From: Acidobacteriota bacterium
GTDB taxonomy: Bacteria; Acidobacteriota; UBA6911; RPQK01; JAJDTT01
Assembly (NCBI GenBank): GCA_965209055.1
Contig: OZ242374.1
Span: forward strand, 5,696,001-5,760,000
DNA: 64,000 nucleotides
Direction of reading: 5' to 3'
Under the pieces are notes generated by a model, which saw only the letters and a list, made by a program, of their open reading frames with translations, had not been told where the DNA came from and did no database searches. Made by a program: the position numbers and the translations under genes. Positions 46,729 to 57,959 of the stretch are shown here, in pieces (positions within the stretch are counted from its first letter, which is position 1; every line of letters begins with the position of its first letter).

Positions 46729-47918
46729 TCATTCTCCAGCGAAATCCGACTCCATCAGGCGCAGCCGCACGCCGGCAATGATCTCCCTCCTGCCGCCGGT
46801 GCGAATCCCCGCGTAGTGGGTCGTCAGCCAGATCTCACCGGGCCGGCGTTCGAACAGGAAAGGGTAGGAGAGCCACCCGCCGGGCTGCCGGGCCACCACC
46901 TGGGGGCGGATCCAGGTCTTGCCGTCGTCTTCCGAGAAGGCGATGGACAGCTCTTCCCGCTGGGAACTTCCGGGAATGCGGGAATAGGGAAACTCCCTGC
47001 GCGCTCCAGGCGTGCGGTTCCACTCCTGGAGCGTCATCCCCTCCGGATGGAGACGGTTCCAGGCCAGGACGAGACGACCGCTCGACAAACGGATCAGGTG
47101 GCCCGGGGCGCTGCTGGCGTCGATGCCGCTGGGACGGATCACCCGCCAGGAACGTCCCTCGTCCTGGGAGAACGCCTCCCAGAAGCGGTCCCAGTTGGTC
47201 CGGATCAGAGTCCAGATGCGGCCGTCCCGGAGTTGGACCAGAGTCGGCTCGATGGCCCCGTCGTGATGCCCGTGTCCACCCAGATCGATGAGATTGCTCT
47301 GTGCCCAGGTGCGGCCCGCGTCGTCGGAAAAGTAGAACACGAAGGCGTGGCGCCCCGGATTGCGCAGGACCCTCATCACGGGAACCACCACCCGGCCGGA
47401 GCTGGTCTCGAGAATGTCGACCATGGCCCCGCAGTATTCCCGGGAGAGGAGCCGGGCATCGATCCAACTCTCCCCTTCATCCAGACTGCGCATGGACCAG
47501 ACCTCGTTGAAGACGCCGGGGTCCGGTTCGTGGGTCTCGTTGTTCCAGCCCCATTTCCGGGTCTTGGTGTCCAGGAACACCAATACGACGGCGCCATCCC
47601 GGGTCTTGTGCAGGACGCGCCATTCCCGATGAATTTCGGGATCCCGGTCCCGGAACACGGGTCCCTTGCTGCTCCAGGTGCGGCCGTCGTCGCGGGAGAA
47701 GTGGGCTTCGTTGCCCTCCACCGTCATGAGCCGGCCGTCGTCCAGCAAAACGAAGGGCCCGTCGCGAGGTGTTGAGCCTGGGGGTGGGTCCATTCGGCCC
47801 GCTTTGCCGCTGCCACGAACCCTCCACCGAGGCTCGCCGGCCAGGGATTCAACCCCACCAGGGCGGCGAGTCCCATCGACAATATGGCCATCATTCGAAC
47901 CAGAGTATGCTCTGACAT
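46729..47918 (-). pseudogene. BNR/Asp-box sialidase-like protein with a frameshift near 47765
   Basis: Asp-boxes SRDDGRTW, SLDEGESW, SDDAGRTW, SQDEGRSW, SEDDGKTW lie in the long frame. The signal peptide (MSEHTLVRMMAILSMGLAALVG..WTHPQAQHL) is in a different frame starting at 47918. Could be a sequencing error. Confidence 0.7.
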
Positions 47919-48145
47919 CCGAAATGTTCCTATCCACTGCCACATGCAGCGTTCCGGATGCGGCCGGAGCTGCGGTTCGCTTCGGTGGCCGGAACGGGTT
48001 ATTCAGTATAATCTCTCCGATTTTCCGGAGGATACGTTGTATCGGGTGTGTCATTGGGACTTCAGAGCGGATCTGGCGGCGCCGTGACCTGAGAAACTCC
48101 AATGAAGTCGACCTTGTCAGCCGCATCGGGGAGAACACGGGAGGC

Positions 48146-50557
48146 ATGGGAATGATCGCTCGATCCAAGCTGGGTTGCGGTGCTGCACTGCTGGCCATCC
48201 TGTCCGGCATTCCGGCTGCGGCGCAAATGTCGACCGTTCGCGTGGGAACGGTGCTCGACGGCGCGGCCGATCGCGAGCTCGCATTTCGAGAGGCGGTCCG
48301 AAAAGAGTCCATTCGTCTCTTGGGCGGCCGCCATGACGTTTCCTTCCCACCCGAGAAACAAATGGTGGGTAATTGGACCGCCGAGACGTCCCGCCGACAC
48401 CTGAGCGCTCTGTTGGCGGACCCGGAAGTCGATGCGGTCCTGGTGCTCGGCATTGTGGGAGCCTCTCAGGCGGCGCGCGCCGCAGACCTGCCGAAGCCGG
48501 TGATTGCGGCGCCCGTGCTGAACCCTGAAGTCGAAGGCCTGCCCGTGGAAGTGCGCGAGCGCCCGACGCCCGGCAGGGAGAGCCTGTCCCGGCACCGGGT
48601 GAGTGGTGTCAGGAACCTGAGCTACGTCTCCTACAACCAGGATCTGGAGCGCGAGATCCGGGAGTTCCGCAAGCTCGCGCCCTTTTCCCGGCTCGCGGTG
48701 CTGACCATACCGCGCCTTGAGGAGTCGCTGCGAGCCATGCGCGGCGAATTCCGCCGCCGTCTCGCTCCCATGGGCATTGCCGTGGATTTCATAGTGGTGG
48801 GCAACTCCGCCGACGCAGCGCTTGACGCGTTGCCTCCCGATACCGAGGCGGTGATATTGGGCCTTCTGTCCCACCTCTCCCCAGGAGAGTTCGAACAGCT
48901 CATCGCAGGATTGATCGAGAAGAGACTGCCCTCCTACGCCCTCGCCGGAAGGACCGACGTCCAGCGCGGAGCGATGGCCAGTCTGAAGCTGGACCGCTCG
49001 GAGCAGTCGTTCGTCCGGCGCGTCGCCTTGAACCTCTTCAACATCGTACAGGGCGAGGCGGCGGCGGAGTTGCCCATCGACTTCAGCGTGGGCGAGCAGT
49101 TGACCCTCAACCTGACGACCGCGAGCGCCATCGGCGTCGACCTGAAGTTCTCCACCTTGACGGATGCCGAACTCCTGGGGGAGGCGGCCGCGCCGGCCGG
49201 GCGATTGCTTTCTCTCTCGGCCGTGGTGGAGGATGCCGTCAAGGTCAATCTCGACCTGGCTGCGGCCGGGAAGCGGATCGATGCCGGGCTGCGGCTGGTG
49301 AGCGAAGCTCGGGCGCCCTTGCTGCCGCGGGTGAGCGTTTCGGGCGGGGGCAGCAAGCTGGCCGGGGCGGGCGCCGTGTTCGGGGACCGCCAGCTTTCCG
49401 GTTCGCTCGGGTTCAGCCAGTTGCTGTATTCGGAACGGGTCCGGGCAGGCTACGACGTGGAGCGCCAGAGCCAGATCGCTCGCGAAGAAGAGGCGTGGCA
49501 GTTGCGGCTGGACATCGTGCTGGAAGCTGCCCAGAGCTATCTCGACGTCCTCCGCGCCAAGACCTACGACGCAATCCAGCGCAACAACCTGCAATTGAGC
49601 CGGTCCAACCTGAGTCTGGCGCGCCGTCGTTTCCGTGCCGGCGCGACCGGACGGGACGAAGTCCTGCGCTGGCGCAGCGAGATCGCCCGTAACCGGCTCG
49701 CCCTCCTGGAGGCATCGGCGCGTCGGAAGGCAGCCGAGATCGCCGTCAACCGCGTCCTCAACCGGTCACTGGAAGAACCGTTCCAGACCTCCGAAGCCGG
49801 TCTCGCCGACCCCGGCCTGACGGTCAACTTCGAACGTCTGCGACCCTACATCGAACGTCGGGGAGCGTTCGGTCTCTTTCGGCAGTTCATGACCTTCGAA
49901 GCGCTGGACGGCTCCCCGGAGCTGAGGCGGCTCGACGCGTCGATCCGGGCCCGCAAGAGAATCGTGCTGGCTTCCAAACGAGCCTTGTATCTGCCGGAAC
50001 TCGGGCTTGACGCGCAAGTGCAGGGACAGCGGAGCTCCGGTGGTCTGAGTCTCTTCCCGGAGGGACTCGGAGGGGGCGGGACGGACTGGAGCATCAGCGT
50101 TCGTGCTTCGCTACCCCTCTTCGAGGGAGGGGCGTTGCGAGCCCGCAGGAGCCGGGCGCAGATCGAACTCGAAGAAATGGCGATCGAGCGGACGGCCACT
50201 CGACTGGCCATCGAACAGCGGGTCCGTTCGGCCCTGTTGGAAGCCGGCGTCTCCTTCGCCGGGATCGAGCTGGCGCAGGAAGCCGCGTCCGCTGCCCGGG
50301 AGAACTTCGAACTGGTCCGCAACTCCTACTCGCAGGGTGTGGTGGGCATCATCCGGGTTCTGGATGCCCAGTCGCAAATGCTGGCCGCGGACCTGAGCGC
50401 GGCCAACGCCGTGTTCGACCACCTGATCCACTTGATGGCGGTGCAGCGCGCGGTGGGACGTTTCGATTATTTCCGATCTCCGGCGGAACGCGACGCCTGG
50501 CTCCGGCGATTGGAGAAGTTCTACCGGGAGAGAGGGCGCGATGTGCACACGGACTGA
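48146..50557 (+). CDS. TolC-family outer membrane protein with N-terminal periplasmic binding-protein-like domain
   Basis: C-terminal OEP repeats (NLDL..EARAPLLP; AQSYLDVL; LYLPEL; SLPLFEGG; YSQG..RVLDAQ). The N-terminal ~320 aa end in DVQRGAMAS..IVQGE..ELPI..LTLNLTTASAIG, like ABC substrate-binding proteins. Confidence 0.88.
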   Translation: MGMIARSKLGCGAALLAILSGIPAAAQMSTVRVGTVLDGAADRELAFREAVRKESIRLLGGRHDVSFPPEKQMVGNWTAETSRRHLSALLADPEVDAVLVLGIVGASQAARAADLPKPVIAAPVLNPEVEGLPVEVRERPTPGRESLSRHRVSGVRNLSYVSYNQDLEREIREFRKLAPFSRLAVLTIPRLEESLRAMRGEFRRRLAPMGIAVDFIVVGNSADAALDALPPDTEAVILGLLSHLSPGEFEQLIAGLIEKRLPSYALAGRTDVQRGAMASLKLDRSEQSFVRRVALNLFNIVQGEAAAELPIDFSVGEQLTLNLTTASAIGVDLKFSTLTDAELLGEAAAPAGRLLSLSAVVEDAVKVNLDLAAAGKRIDAGLRLVSEARAPLLPRVSVSGGGSKLAGAGAVFGDRQLSGSLGFSQLLYSERVRAGYDVERQSQIAREEEAWQLRLDIVLEAAQSYLDVLRAKTYDAIQRNNLQLSRSNLSLARRRFRAGATGRDEVLRWRSEIARNRLALLEASARRKAAEIAVNRVLNRSLEEPFQTSEAGLADPGLTVNFERLRPYIERRGAFGLFRQFMTFEALDGSPELRRLDASIRARKRIVLASKRALYLPELGLDAQVQGQRSSGGLSLFPEGLGGGGTDWSISVRASLPLFEGGALRARRSRAQIELEEMAIERTATRLAIEQRVRSALLEAGVSFAGIELAQEAASAARENFELVRNSYSQGVVGIIRVLDAQSQMLAADLSAANAVFDHLIHLMAVQRAVGRFDYFRSPAERDAWLRRLEKFYRERGRDVHTD

Positions 50558-51749
50558 AGCAACTCGACCCGTGACCGGATTTCGCCGCCCGGCAGGACGC
50601 GTCCTCCGGGCAACGGCGAGGCTCCTCGGCGCGGCGGCGATGGCGTTCGGCGGCGGGTCCTGTGGATCCGGAGAGCGCCCGCAGGAACCACTTCCGGAAC
50701 CTCGGCCCCGTCCGGTCAAGTCCGTTGAGGTGTCCGCCCAGGGTGGAGCCCGGGTCCTCCGTTTCACCGGCGTTGCCAAAGCAGAGAGGAGTGCCGGCCT
50801 CGCCTTCCGAGTCTCCGGCAGGGTCCACAAGTTGCATGTCGAGCAGGGGGAAATCGTCCAGGAGGGGGCATTGATCGCAGAACTCGACCCGGTGGATCTG
50901 GAGATCCAGGTGCGCGAAATCGAAGCCTCCCTGTCCGAAGCCAAGGCCCGGGAGGTCCTGGCGACTTCAGAATTCCAGAGAATCCAAGGCTTGTACGAGA
51001 CGGACAGCGTCTCGCAGGGCGATTTCGAGTCGGCTCTGGCGCAGCGCGAATCGGCGCGGTCGCGAGTCGAATCGGCCCAACAGAGACTGGAGCTGTCCAA
51101 GTTGCAAGTCGGCTACGCCACACTGCGGGCGCCCGTCGCCTGCGCCATCGCCGAAGTCAAGGCGGAAGAGGGCGAGTTCCTCCAGGCCGGGTCGCCGGTG
51201 GTGGAGATGGTGACCGGACGGACTCCACAGGTCGAGATCAGCGTCCCCGAGAACCTGATCTCCCAGATACGAGGCGGCACAGCCGCGACCGTGACCTTCT
51301 CCGCGTTTCCGGGACGCACTTTCGCCGGCCGTGTGAGAAACGTGGGAATCGTCCCCTCCCAAGGGGTCGCCACCTACCCGGCGACCATCGAACTGCAGCG
51401 CACATGGCGCGACGAGTCAGGCGCTTCGAAGGGCGTTCCCATCGCTCCGGGCATGACCGTCGAGGCAGAGATCGAATCCTCCTCCGACGATGCCTCGTCC
51501 CGTCTCGTGGTCCCGTTGAGCGCCATCGCCTCCGATCGGGAAGGCACTTTCGCCTATATCGTCGAATTCGGCAGCGACCATCTGGGTTTCGCGCGGCGGC
51601 GGTCCGTAGAAACGGGGCGGCTGGTGGCCGGCGGCATTGAAGTCCTGACAGGGCTCTCCTCGGGGAACCAGGTGATCACCGCCGGCGTCAGCCGACTCCA
51701 GGACGGGCAGAAAGTGCGCCGGATCGCTCCGCCGCAGAGACAGCAGTGA
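50541..51749 (+). CDS. RND efflux periplasmic adaptor (membrane fusion protein)
   Basis: LAFRVSGRV..VEQG..LIAELD, LRAP..G..LQAGSPV, PGMTV, VPLSAI, GLSSGNQVITAG. The true start may be slightly downstream. Confidence 0.93.
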   Translation: MCTRTEATRPVTGFRRPAGRVLRATARLLGAAAMAFGGGSCGSGERPQEPLPEPRPRPVKSVEVSAQGGARVLRFTGVAKAERSAGLAFRVSGRVHKLHVEQGEIVQEGALIAELDPVDLEIQVREIEASLSEAKAREVLATSEFQRIQGLYETDSVSQGDFESALAQRESARSRVESAQQRLELSKLQVGYATLRAPVACAIAEVKAEEGEFLQAGSPVVEMVTGRTPQVEISVPENLISQIRGGTAATVTFSAFPGRTFAGRVRNVGIVPSQGVATYPATIELQRTWRDESGASKGVPIAPGMTVEAEIESSSDDASSRLVVPLSAIASDREGTFAYIVEFGSDHLGFARRRSVETGRLVAGGIEVLTGLSSGNQVITAGVSRLQDGQKVRRIAPPQRQQ

Positions 51750-54700
51750 ATCTCACGCGTTTCGCCATCTCCAACGACCGTCTCACCGCCGTCATTCTCC
51801 TGGCGACTCTGCTGGGCGGCGTCATCGCCATCCGGACCATGGAGCAAACCATGGACCCCGGCTTCACGATCCGCACCTGCCAGATCGTGACCGGTTTTCC
51901 AGGCGCAAACCCGGAACGCGTCGAGGATCTGGTCACGGACCAGATCGAGAAGGCGGTCCAGGAGATCCCCGAGATCGACTTCGTGAGCAGCACCTCGAAG
52001 ACCGGAATTTCCATCGTTTCCGTGAATATCCGAAACGAGTTCAACGACATGCGTCCGATTTGGGACAACGTGCGGCGCAAGGTGGAAGCGGTCGCCCGCC
52101 ACCTCCCCGAGGGCGCGTCTCAGCCGCAGGTGAACGACGAGTTCGGCGCCGTCTACGGAACGATCGTGGCCGTGACGGGAGACGGATTCGACTACCGCGA
52201 ACTGAAGGACGTGGCGCAGCAACTGCGGGACGCGCTGCTAAGGCTCGCCAACGCCGGCCGCGTGGACATCGTGGGGATGCAGGACGAGCGCATCTTCGTC
52301 ACGTACAACGACGTCCGGCTGGCCGAGCTGCAGCTCTCCGTAAGCCAGATCAGCCAGATTCTCGAGTCCCGCAACATCCTGATCTCCGGCGGAAGCATCG
52401 TGGAAGGGCGGGAGCGTTTCGAGTTGGAGCCGTCGGGGAGCTTCGAAACGGTGGAGCAATTGAAGCGGACCGTTATCAGCGCACCCGACCAACCGGAGTT
52501 CCTGCACCTGGAGGACATCGCGGAGGTGACTCGCGGCTACGTCGATCCCCCCGAGAGCATGGTGCGAGCCAACGGACGACCGGCCCTGGCCGTGGCGGTC
52601 TCGGTTCGAGAGGGCGGCAATGTCGTCGCGCTCGGAAAGGAATTGCGGGAAGCGCTCGACCGGCTGCGGGGCCGGTATCCGCTCGGGATCGATCTGGACA
52701 TCGTGGCCTTCGAGCCGGTCCGTGTCGAGAACAAGGTCAACGATTTCGCCATCAGCGTCCTGCAGGCCGTCGTCATCGTGCTGGGTTGCATGCTGCTCAT
52801 GCTCGGCCTGCGCACCGGTCTGGTGGTCGCGGCCCTGGTGCCCTGCGCCCTCCTGACCAGCCTCCTCGTGATGGCGTGGTTGGACCTGGGACTGAACCAG
52901 ATGACGCTGGCCTCGTTGATCATCGCCTTGGGCATGCTGGTGGACAATGCCATCGTCATGAGCGAATCCATCATGGTCGCCATGTCCCACGGAACTCCGC
53001 GCGTGCAGGCTGCCGTCCAGTCCGCCAAGGAGCTGCGCGTTCCATTGCTGACCTCTTCGCTGACGACCTCGGCCGCGTTTTTGCCGATCTATCTCGCAGA
53101 AGGCAGCATGGGCGAGTACACTGGGGTCCTATTCGTCGTCGTCACCATCGCGCTCCTCAGTTCCTGGCTGCTGGCGTTGACGGTCGTCCCCCTCCTGTGC
53201 TCCCGGTTCCTGCGCGTTCCCGCCGCCGAGCGCGGACATGAATACGCGAGTCTCTTCTATCGAGCTTACCGGGTTCTCCTGCTGGCCATGGTAAGAATCC
53301 CCCTTCTATCTACGGCTGTCGCCGTGGTCGTTTTCGTGGTCTCGCTCTGGGGATTCTCAAGGGTTCCCAAAGTGTTCTTCCCCGGCGACGACACGCCGAT
53401 GATGACGGCGGAGTTCAAGGCGCCCATCGGCACCTCCATCGAGGAGACCCGGCGGTTTGCCGAGGAATTCGACAACTATGTCCGGGAAGAACTTGCCGGC
53501 AACCCGGAACGTCCCGACGGAGTGGTCTCCTGGTCCACCTACGTCGGTCAGGGAGCGCCCCGCTTCACGCTCACCTATGGACCCGAACCACCGAGCCCGG
53601 AGTACGCCTACGGCCTCTTCAATCTCACGGCGGCGAATGTCCTTCCCGAGTTGGCGCGGAAGATCGAGCGATTCTGCGAAGACCGGCATCCTTCCTTCAT
53701 TCCGTCGGTCGGCCCGCTCTCCCTCGGATCCGTGATCCGGAACCCGGTGGAGATCCGGATCTCCGGCAACGACCGGGATCAGGTGTTCGCGATTGCGGAC
53801 GACGTCAAGAGCCGTCTTCGCTCCATCGAAGGGACCCGGAACGTGGACGACGACTGGGGTGAGATGACCAAGAAGTTGACCGTCGATGTCGATGCCGCTC
53901 GAGCGAAGCGCAACGGCGTCACCCATCAGGACATCGCGGTCTCGCTGAGGTCGATTCTGAGCGGGTACAAGGCGACCGAGTATCGCGAAGGATCCGAGAT
54001 CATCCCGGTGACGATTCGGTCCGTGGCGGCCGGCCGGCAGGACATCTCGAAACTGGAGAGCCTGAACGTCTTCTCCCAGAGCCGGGGCACGTCCGTGCCC
54101 TTGATGCAGGTGGCCGATCTGGCGCTCGGCTGGCAGCCGGCCAAGGTTCTGCGCCGGAACCGGCTGACCACCGTCACCGTATCGAGTGAACTGGAAGGCG
54201 GCGCCACCGCAGCCGAGGTCACCCGGCAGATCGGCGAGTGGCTGGAGGAAACGTCGCCGTCCTGGGCTGCCGGGATCTTCTACGAAATCGGAGGCGAAGT
54301 GGAGGAGTCCGCGCGCAGCGAGGGAGCGATCGTTGCCAAGCTTCCCTATGCGGCATTGCTGATCATCATCTTGCTGGTGGCGCAGTTCAATTCGATTCGC
54401 CGGTCTCTGATCGTCCTGCTGACGATTCCTCTTGCACTGGTGGGAACCGTGATCGGCCTGCTCGTGACGGCAGCCGATTTTGGATTCATGACCCTGCTCG
54501 GGCTTATCTCCCTGGCCGGCATCGTGATCAACAATGCGATCGTCCTGCTCGACCGGATCAGAATCGAGATCCGGGAGAAAGGCCGCACCCCCGCGCATGC
54601 CGTGATCGAGGCGTCCCAGCGCCGGTTGCGGCCCATCCTGCTGACCACCGTCACCACCATCGGCGGACTCTTGCCACTCTGGTTCGGAGGCGGCCCCATG

Positions 54701-54859
54701 TGGGAGACCATGGCAATCGCAGTGATCTTCGGCCTGGCGTTCGCGACGATTCTCACCCTGGGCGTGGTGCCGGTGCTCTACGCGCTCCTGTTTCGGGTGA
54801 AGTTCAAAGGTTTCCGCTACGAATCGGCGGTGGCGCGCACGGCGTCCCCCGAGGACTGA
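51746..54859 (+). CDS. RND efflux permease (AcrB/AcrD/AcrF family)
   Basis: 1037 aa; FPGANPERVE..VT..IE, LGMLVDNAIV, GIVINNAIVL, RLRPILLT..TT.GG.LP, TLGVVPVLY. Confidence 0.95.
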   Translation: MNLTRFAISNDRLTAVILLATLLGGVIAIRTMEQTMDPGFTIRTCQIVTGFPGANPERVEDLVTDQIEKAVQEIPEIDFVSSTSKTGISIVSVNIRNEFNDMRPIWDNVRRKVEAVARHLPEGASQPQVNDEFGAVYGTIVAVTGDGFDYRELKDVAQQLRDALLRLANAGRVDIVGMQDERIFVTYNDVRLAELQLSVSQISQILESRNILISGGSIVEGRERFELEPSGSFETVEQLKRTVISAPDQPEFLHLEDIAEVTRGYVDPPESMVRANGRPALAVAVSVREGGNVVALGKELREALDRLRGRYPLGIDLDIVAFEPVRVENKVNDFAISVLQAVVIVLGCMLLMLGLRTGLVVAALVPCALLTSLLVMAWLDLGLNQMTLASLIIALGMLVDNAIVMSESIMVAMSHGTPRVQAAVQSAKELRVPLLTSSLTTSAAFLPIYLAEGSMGEYTGVLFVVVTIALLSSWLLALTVVPLLCSRFLRVPAAERGHEYASLFYRAYRVLLLAMVRIPLLSTAVAVVVFVVSLWGFSRVPKVFFPGDDTPMMTAEFKAPIGTSIEETRRFAEEFDNYVREELAGNPERPDGVVSWSTYVGQGAPRFTLTYGPEPPSPEYAYGLFNLTAANVLPELARKIERFCEDRHPSFIPSVGPLSLGSVIRNPVEIRISGNDRDQVFAIADDVKSRLRSIEGTRNVDDDWGEMTKKLTVDVDAARAKRNGVTHQDIAVSLRSILSGYKATEYREGSEIIPVTIRSVAAGRQDISKLESLNVFSQSRGTSVPLMQVADLALGWQPAKVLRRNRLTTVTVSSELEGGATAAEVTRQIGEWLEETSPSWAAGIFYEIGGEVEESARSEGAIVAKLPYAALLIIILLVAQFNSIRRSLIVLLTIPLALVGTVIGLLVTAADFGFMTLLGLISLAGIVINNAIVLLDRIRIEIREKGRTPAHAVIEASQRRLRPILLTTVTTIGGLLPLWFGGGPMWETMAIAVIFGLAFATILTLGVVPVLYALLFRVKFKGFRYESAVARTASPED

Positions 54860-55006
54860 GGACGCCGGAGTCGAGGCCGGCGCGGCCTCTGCTCCCATCT
54901 CGCGGAGAGCATCTTTCTCCGGGCAACTACGGGATCACCGGCCGCGATCCGCTGTCTGCCGGAATCTCCGGGCGGGTGAGGCATCGAACGATCCGTCCTG
55001 GAGAAT

Positions 55007-55080
55007 TGGCTGGGGGACAGGGATTCGAACCCCGATAACGTGGTCCAGAGCCACGCGTGTTGCCGTTACACCATCCCCCA
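55007..55080 (-). tRNA. tRNA-Gln (anticodon CTG)
   Basis: TGGGGGATGGTGTAACGGCAACACGCGTGG-CTCTGGA-CCACGTTATCGGGGTTCGAATCCCTGTCCCCCAGCCA: 74 nt, cloverleaf, T-loop GTTCGAAT, encoded CCA. Confidence 0.97.
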
Positions 55081-55168
55081 TCCGGTGGGCCGAACGGAGC
55101 GCATTATAGCAAAACGGCTCCGCTCTGTCGGTCCCCGGCGGACCGCGTCGAGGGGTTCGGAGTCGGAG

Positions 55169-55573
55169 TTATTCCACCAGTTGCAGCCGCGTGGAAGCCT
55201 GATCCAAAAGGATGAGGGCGGCCTGGTAGTCGGTCCCGGGATCCCGGGAGCGGAGCATCTCCTCGGCCTTTTCCTTGTCCGCCCGGGCCTGGGAGGCGTC
55301 GATCTCTTGGGGGGACGCCACCTGCTCGGCCAGGACGATCACCCGGTCGGGAAGGACTTCGGCAAAGCCGGAGCTGCAGAACAGTTGGACGCGGTCTTCA
55401 CCCTCGGGGTAGGAGATGACGCCCGTCTTCAACTCGGAAAGGAGCGGCGCGTGGCCGGGAAGGATGCCCAGGTACCCTTCCGCCCCCGGAATGGTGACCT
55501 CGCCCACTTCGCCGCTGAAGACCAGCCGGTCCGGCGCCACGATCTCCAACTGAAGGGCCTCGGGTAGCGCCAC
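55169..55573 (-). CDS. atpC: ATP synthase F1 epsilon subunit
   Basis: LEIVAPDR..GYLGILPGHAPL..SGFAEV; last gene of the atp operon. Confidence 0.97.
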   Translation of the reverse strand: MALPEALQLEIVAPDRLVFSGEVGEVTIPGAEGYLGILPGHAPLLSELKTGVISYPEGEDRVQLFCSSGFAEVLPDRVIVLAEQVASPQEIDASQARADKEKAEEMLRSRDPGTDYQAALILLDQASTRLQLVE

Positions 55574-55575
55574 GA

Positions 55576-57024
<1,449 letters not shown>

Positions 57025-57903
57025 TCACCCTTCCAGGGCGTCCGCTCCGCTGACGATCTCGATGATCTCCGTGGTGATGGAAGCCTGCCGGATACGGTTC
57101 ATGGTCAGGGTCAACTTGTCGATCATCTCCTTGGCGTTCCTGGTGGCGGCGTCCATGGCCGTCATTCGAGCTCCGTGTTCGGCCGCCTCCGACTCCAGCA
57201 TTGCCCGGAAGATCTGAGTCTCCACGTGCCGCGGAAGCAGAAAGTCCAGCATCTCACGGGGCGGCTGCTCGTAGATGTAGTCGACTCCCAAATCCGCTTC
57301 CTGCTCGGCCTCCTTGATTTCGAGGCGCCGGATCGGCAGCAAAGGCTCCAGGACCACGTCCTGGCGCACCACGGATTTGAACTCGTTGTAAACCAGGTAG
57401 ACGGCATCCAGTTCGCTGGCCGAGAAATAGTCGATGATCCCCTTGCCGATCTCCCGGGCGTAACGGTGATCCACCCGGGTCATGATGTTCACGAACTCGT
57501 GGCGCACGGGCCAGGGCCGGCTCTTGAACCAATCCACACCCCGCCGCCCGACCAGCGTCAGGCTCAGCGTCCGGTTGGCCGCCTCGTCCTCGATGAAGCC
57601 CATGGCAGATCGGATGATGTTGGAATTGAAGGATCCGCAGAGCCCGCGGTCGCCCGTGACGACCACCAGCATCACTCTTTCGCGGTCCCGCTGTGCCAGA
57701 AGCGGGTGCTGGCCGGGATCGATCCGCCGGGCCATGGAATTGAGCACCGAGAGCATCCGGTTGGCGTAGGGCCTGGCCGCCACGATCCGGTCCTGGGCCC
57801 GCTTCAGCTTGGAAGCGGCCACCAGTTTCATGGCCCTGGTGATCTGCTGGATGTTCTTGACCGAGCGAACTCGCCGCCGGAAGTGAATCAGGTTGCCGGG
57901 CAT
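57025..57903 (-). CDS. atpG: ATP synthase F1 gamma subunit
   Basis: ITRAMKLVAASKL, DRGLCG.FN, ARMTAMDAAT.NA, RQASITTEIIEIVSGA. Confidence 0.99.
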   Translation of the reverse strand: MPGNLIHFRRRVRSVKNIQQITRAMKLVAASKLKRAQDRIVAARPYANRMLSVLNSMARRIDPGQHPLLAQRDRERVMLVVVTGDRGLCGSFNSNIIRSAMGFIEDEAANRTLSLTLVGRRGVDWFKSRPWPVRHEFVNIMTRVDHRYAREIGKGIIDYFSASELDAVYLVYNEFKSVVRQDVVLEPLLPIRRLEIKEAEQEADLGVDYIYEQPPREMLDFLLPRHVETQIFRAMLESEAAEHGARMTAMDAATRNAKEMIDKLTLTMNRIRQASITTEIIEIVSGADALEG

Positions 57904-57959
57904 ATTGTTTCAGGCGTCCAGCCGAGACATCGGACTCGGGTCCGGATCGGATCCGGAGG

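Noticed and set aside
42771-48453. Apparent long N-terminal fusions (42771-45146, 43533-45407, 46729-48453, 47666-50557; also 10070-11791, 34197-35909)
   Set aside because: The extensions run antisense through or overlap neighbouring genes. Downstream starts with an RBS or coupling and a signal peptide explain each gene.
54860-55006. ncRNA made of several short hairpins between the RND permease and tRNA-Gln
   Set aside because: The stems are only 5-6 bp in GC-rich DNA and are adequately explained by chance or by termination between convergent genes.
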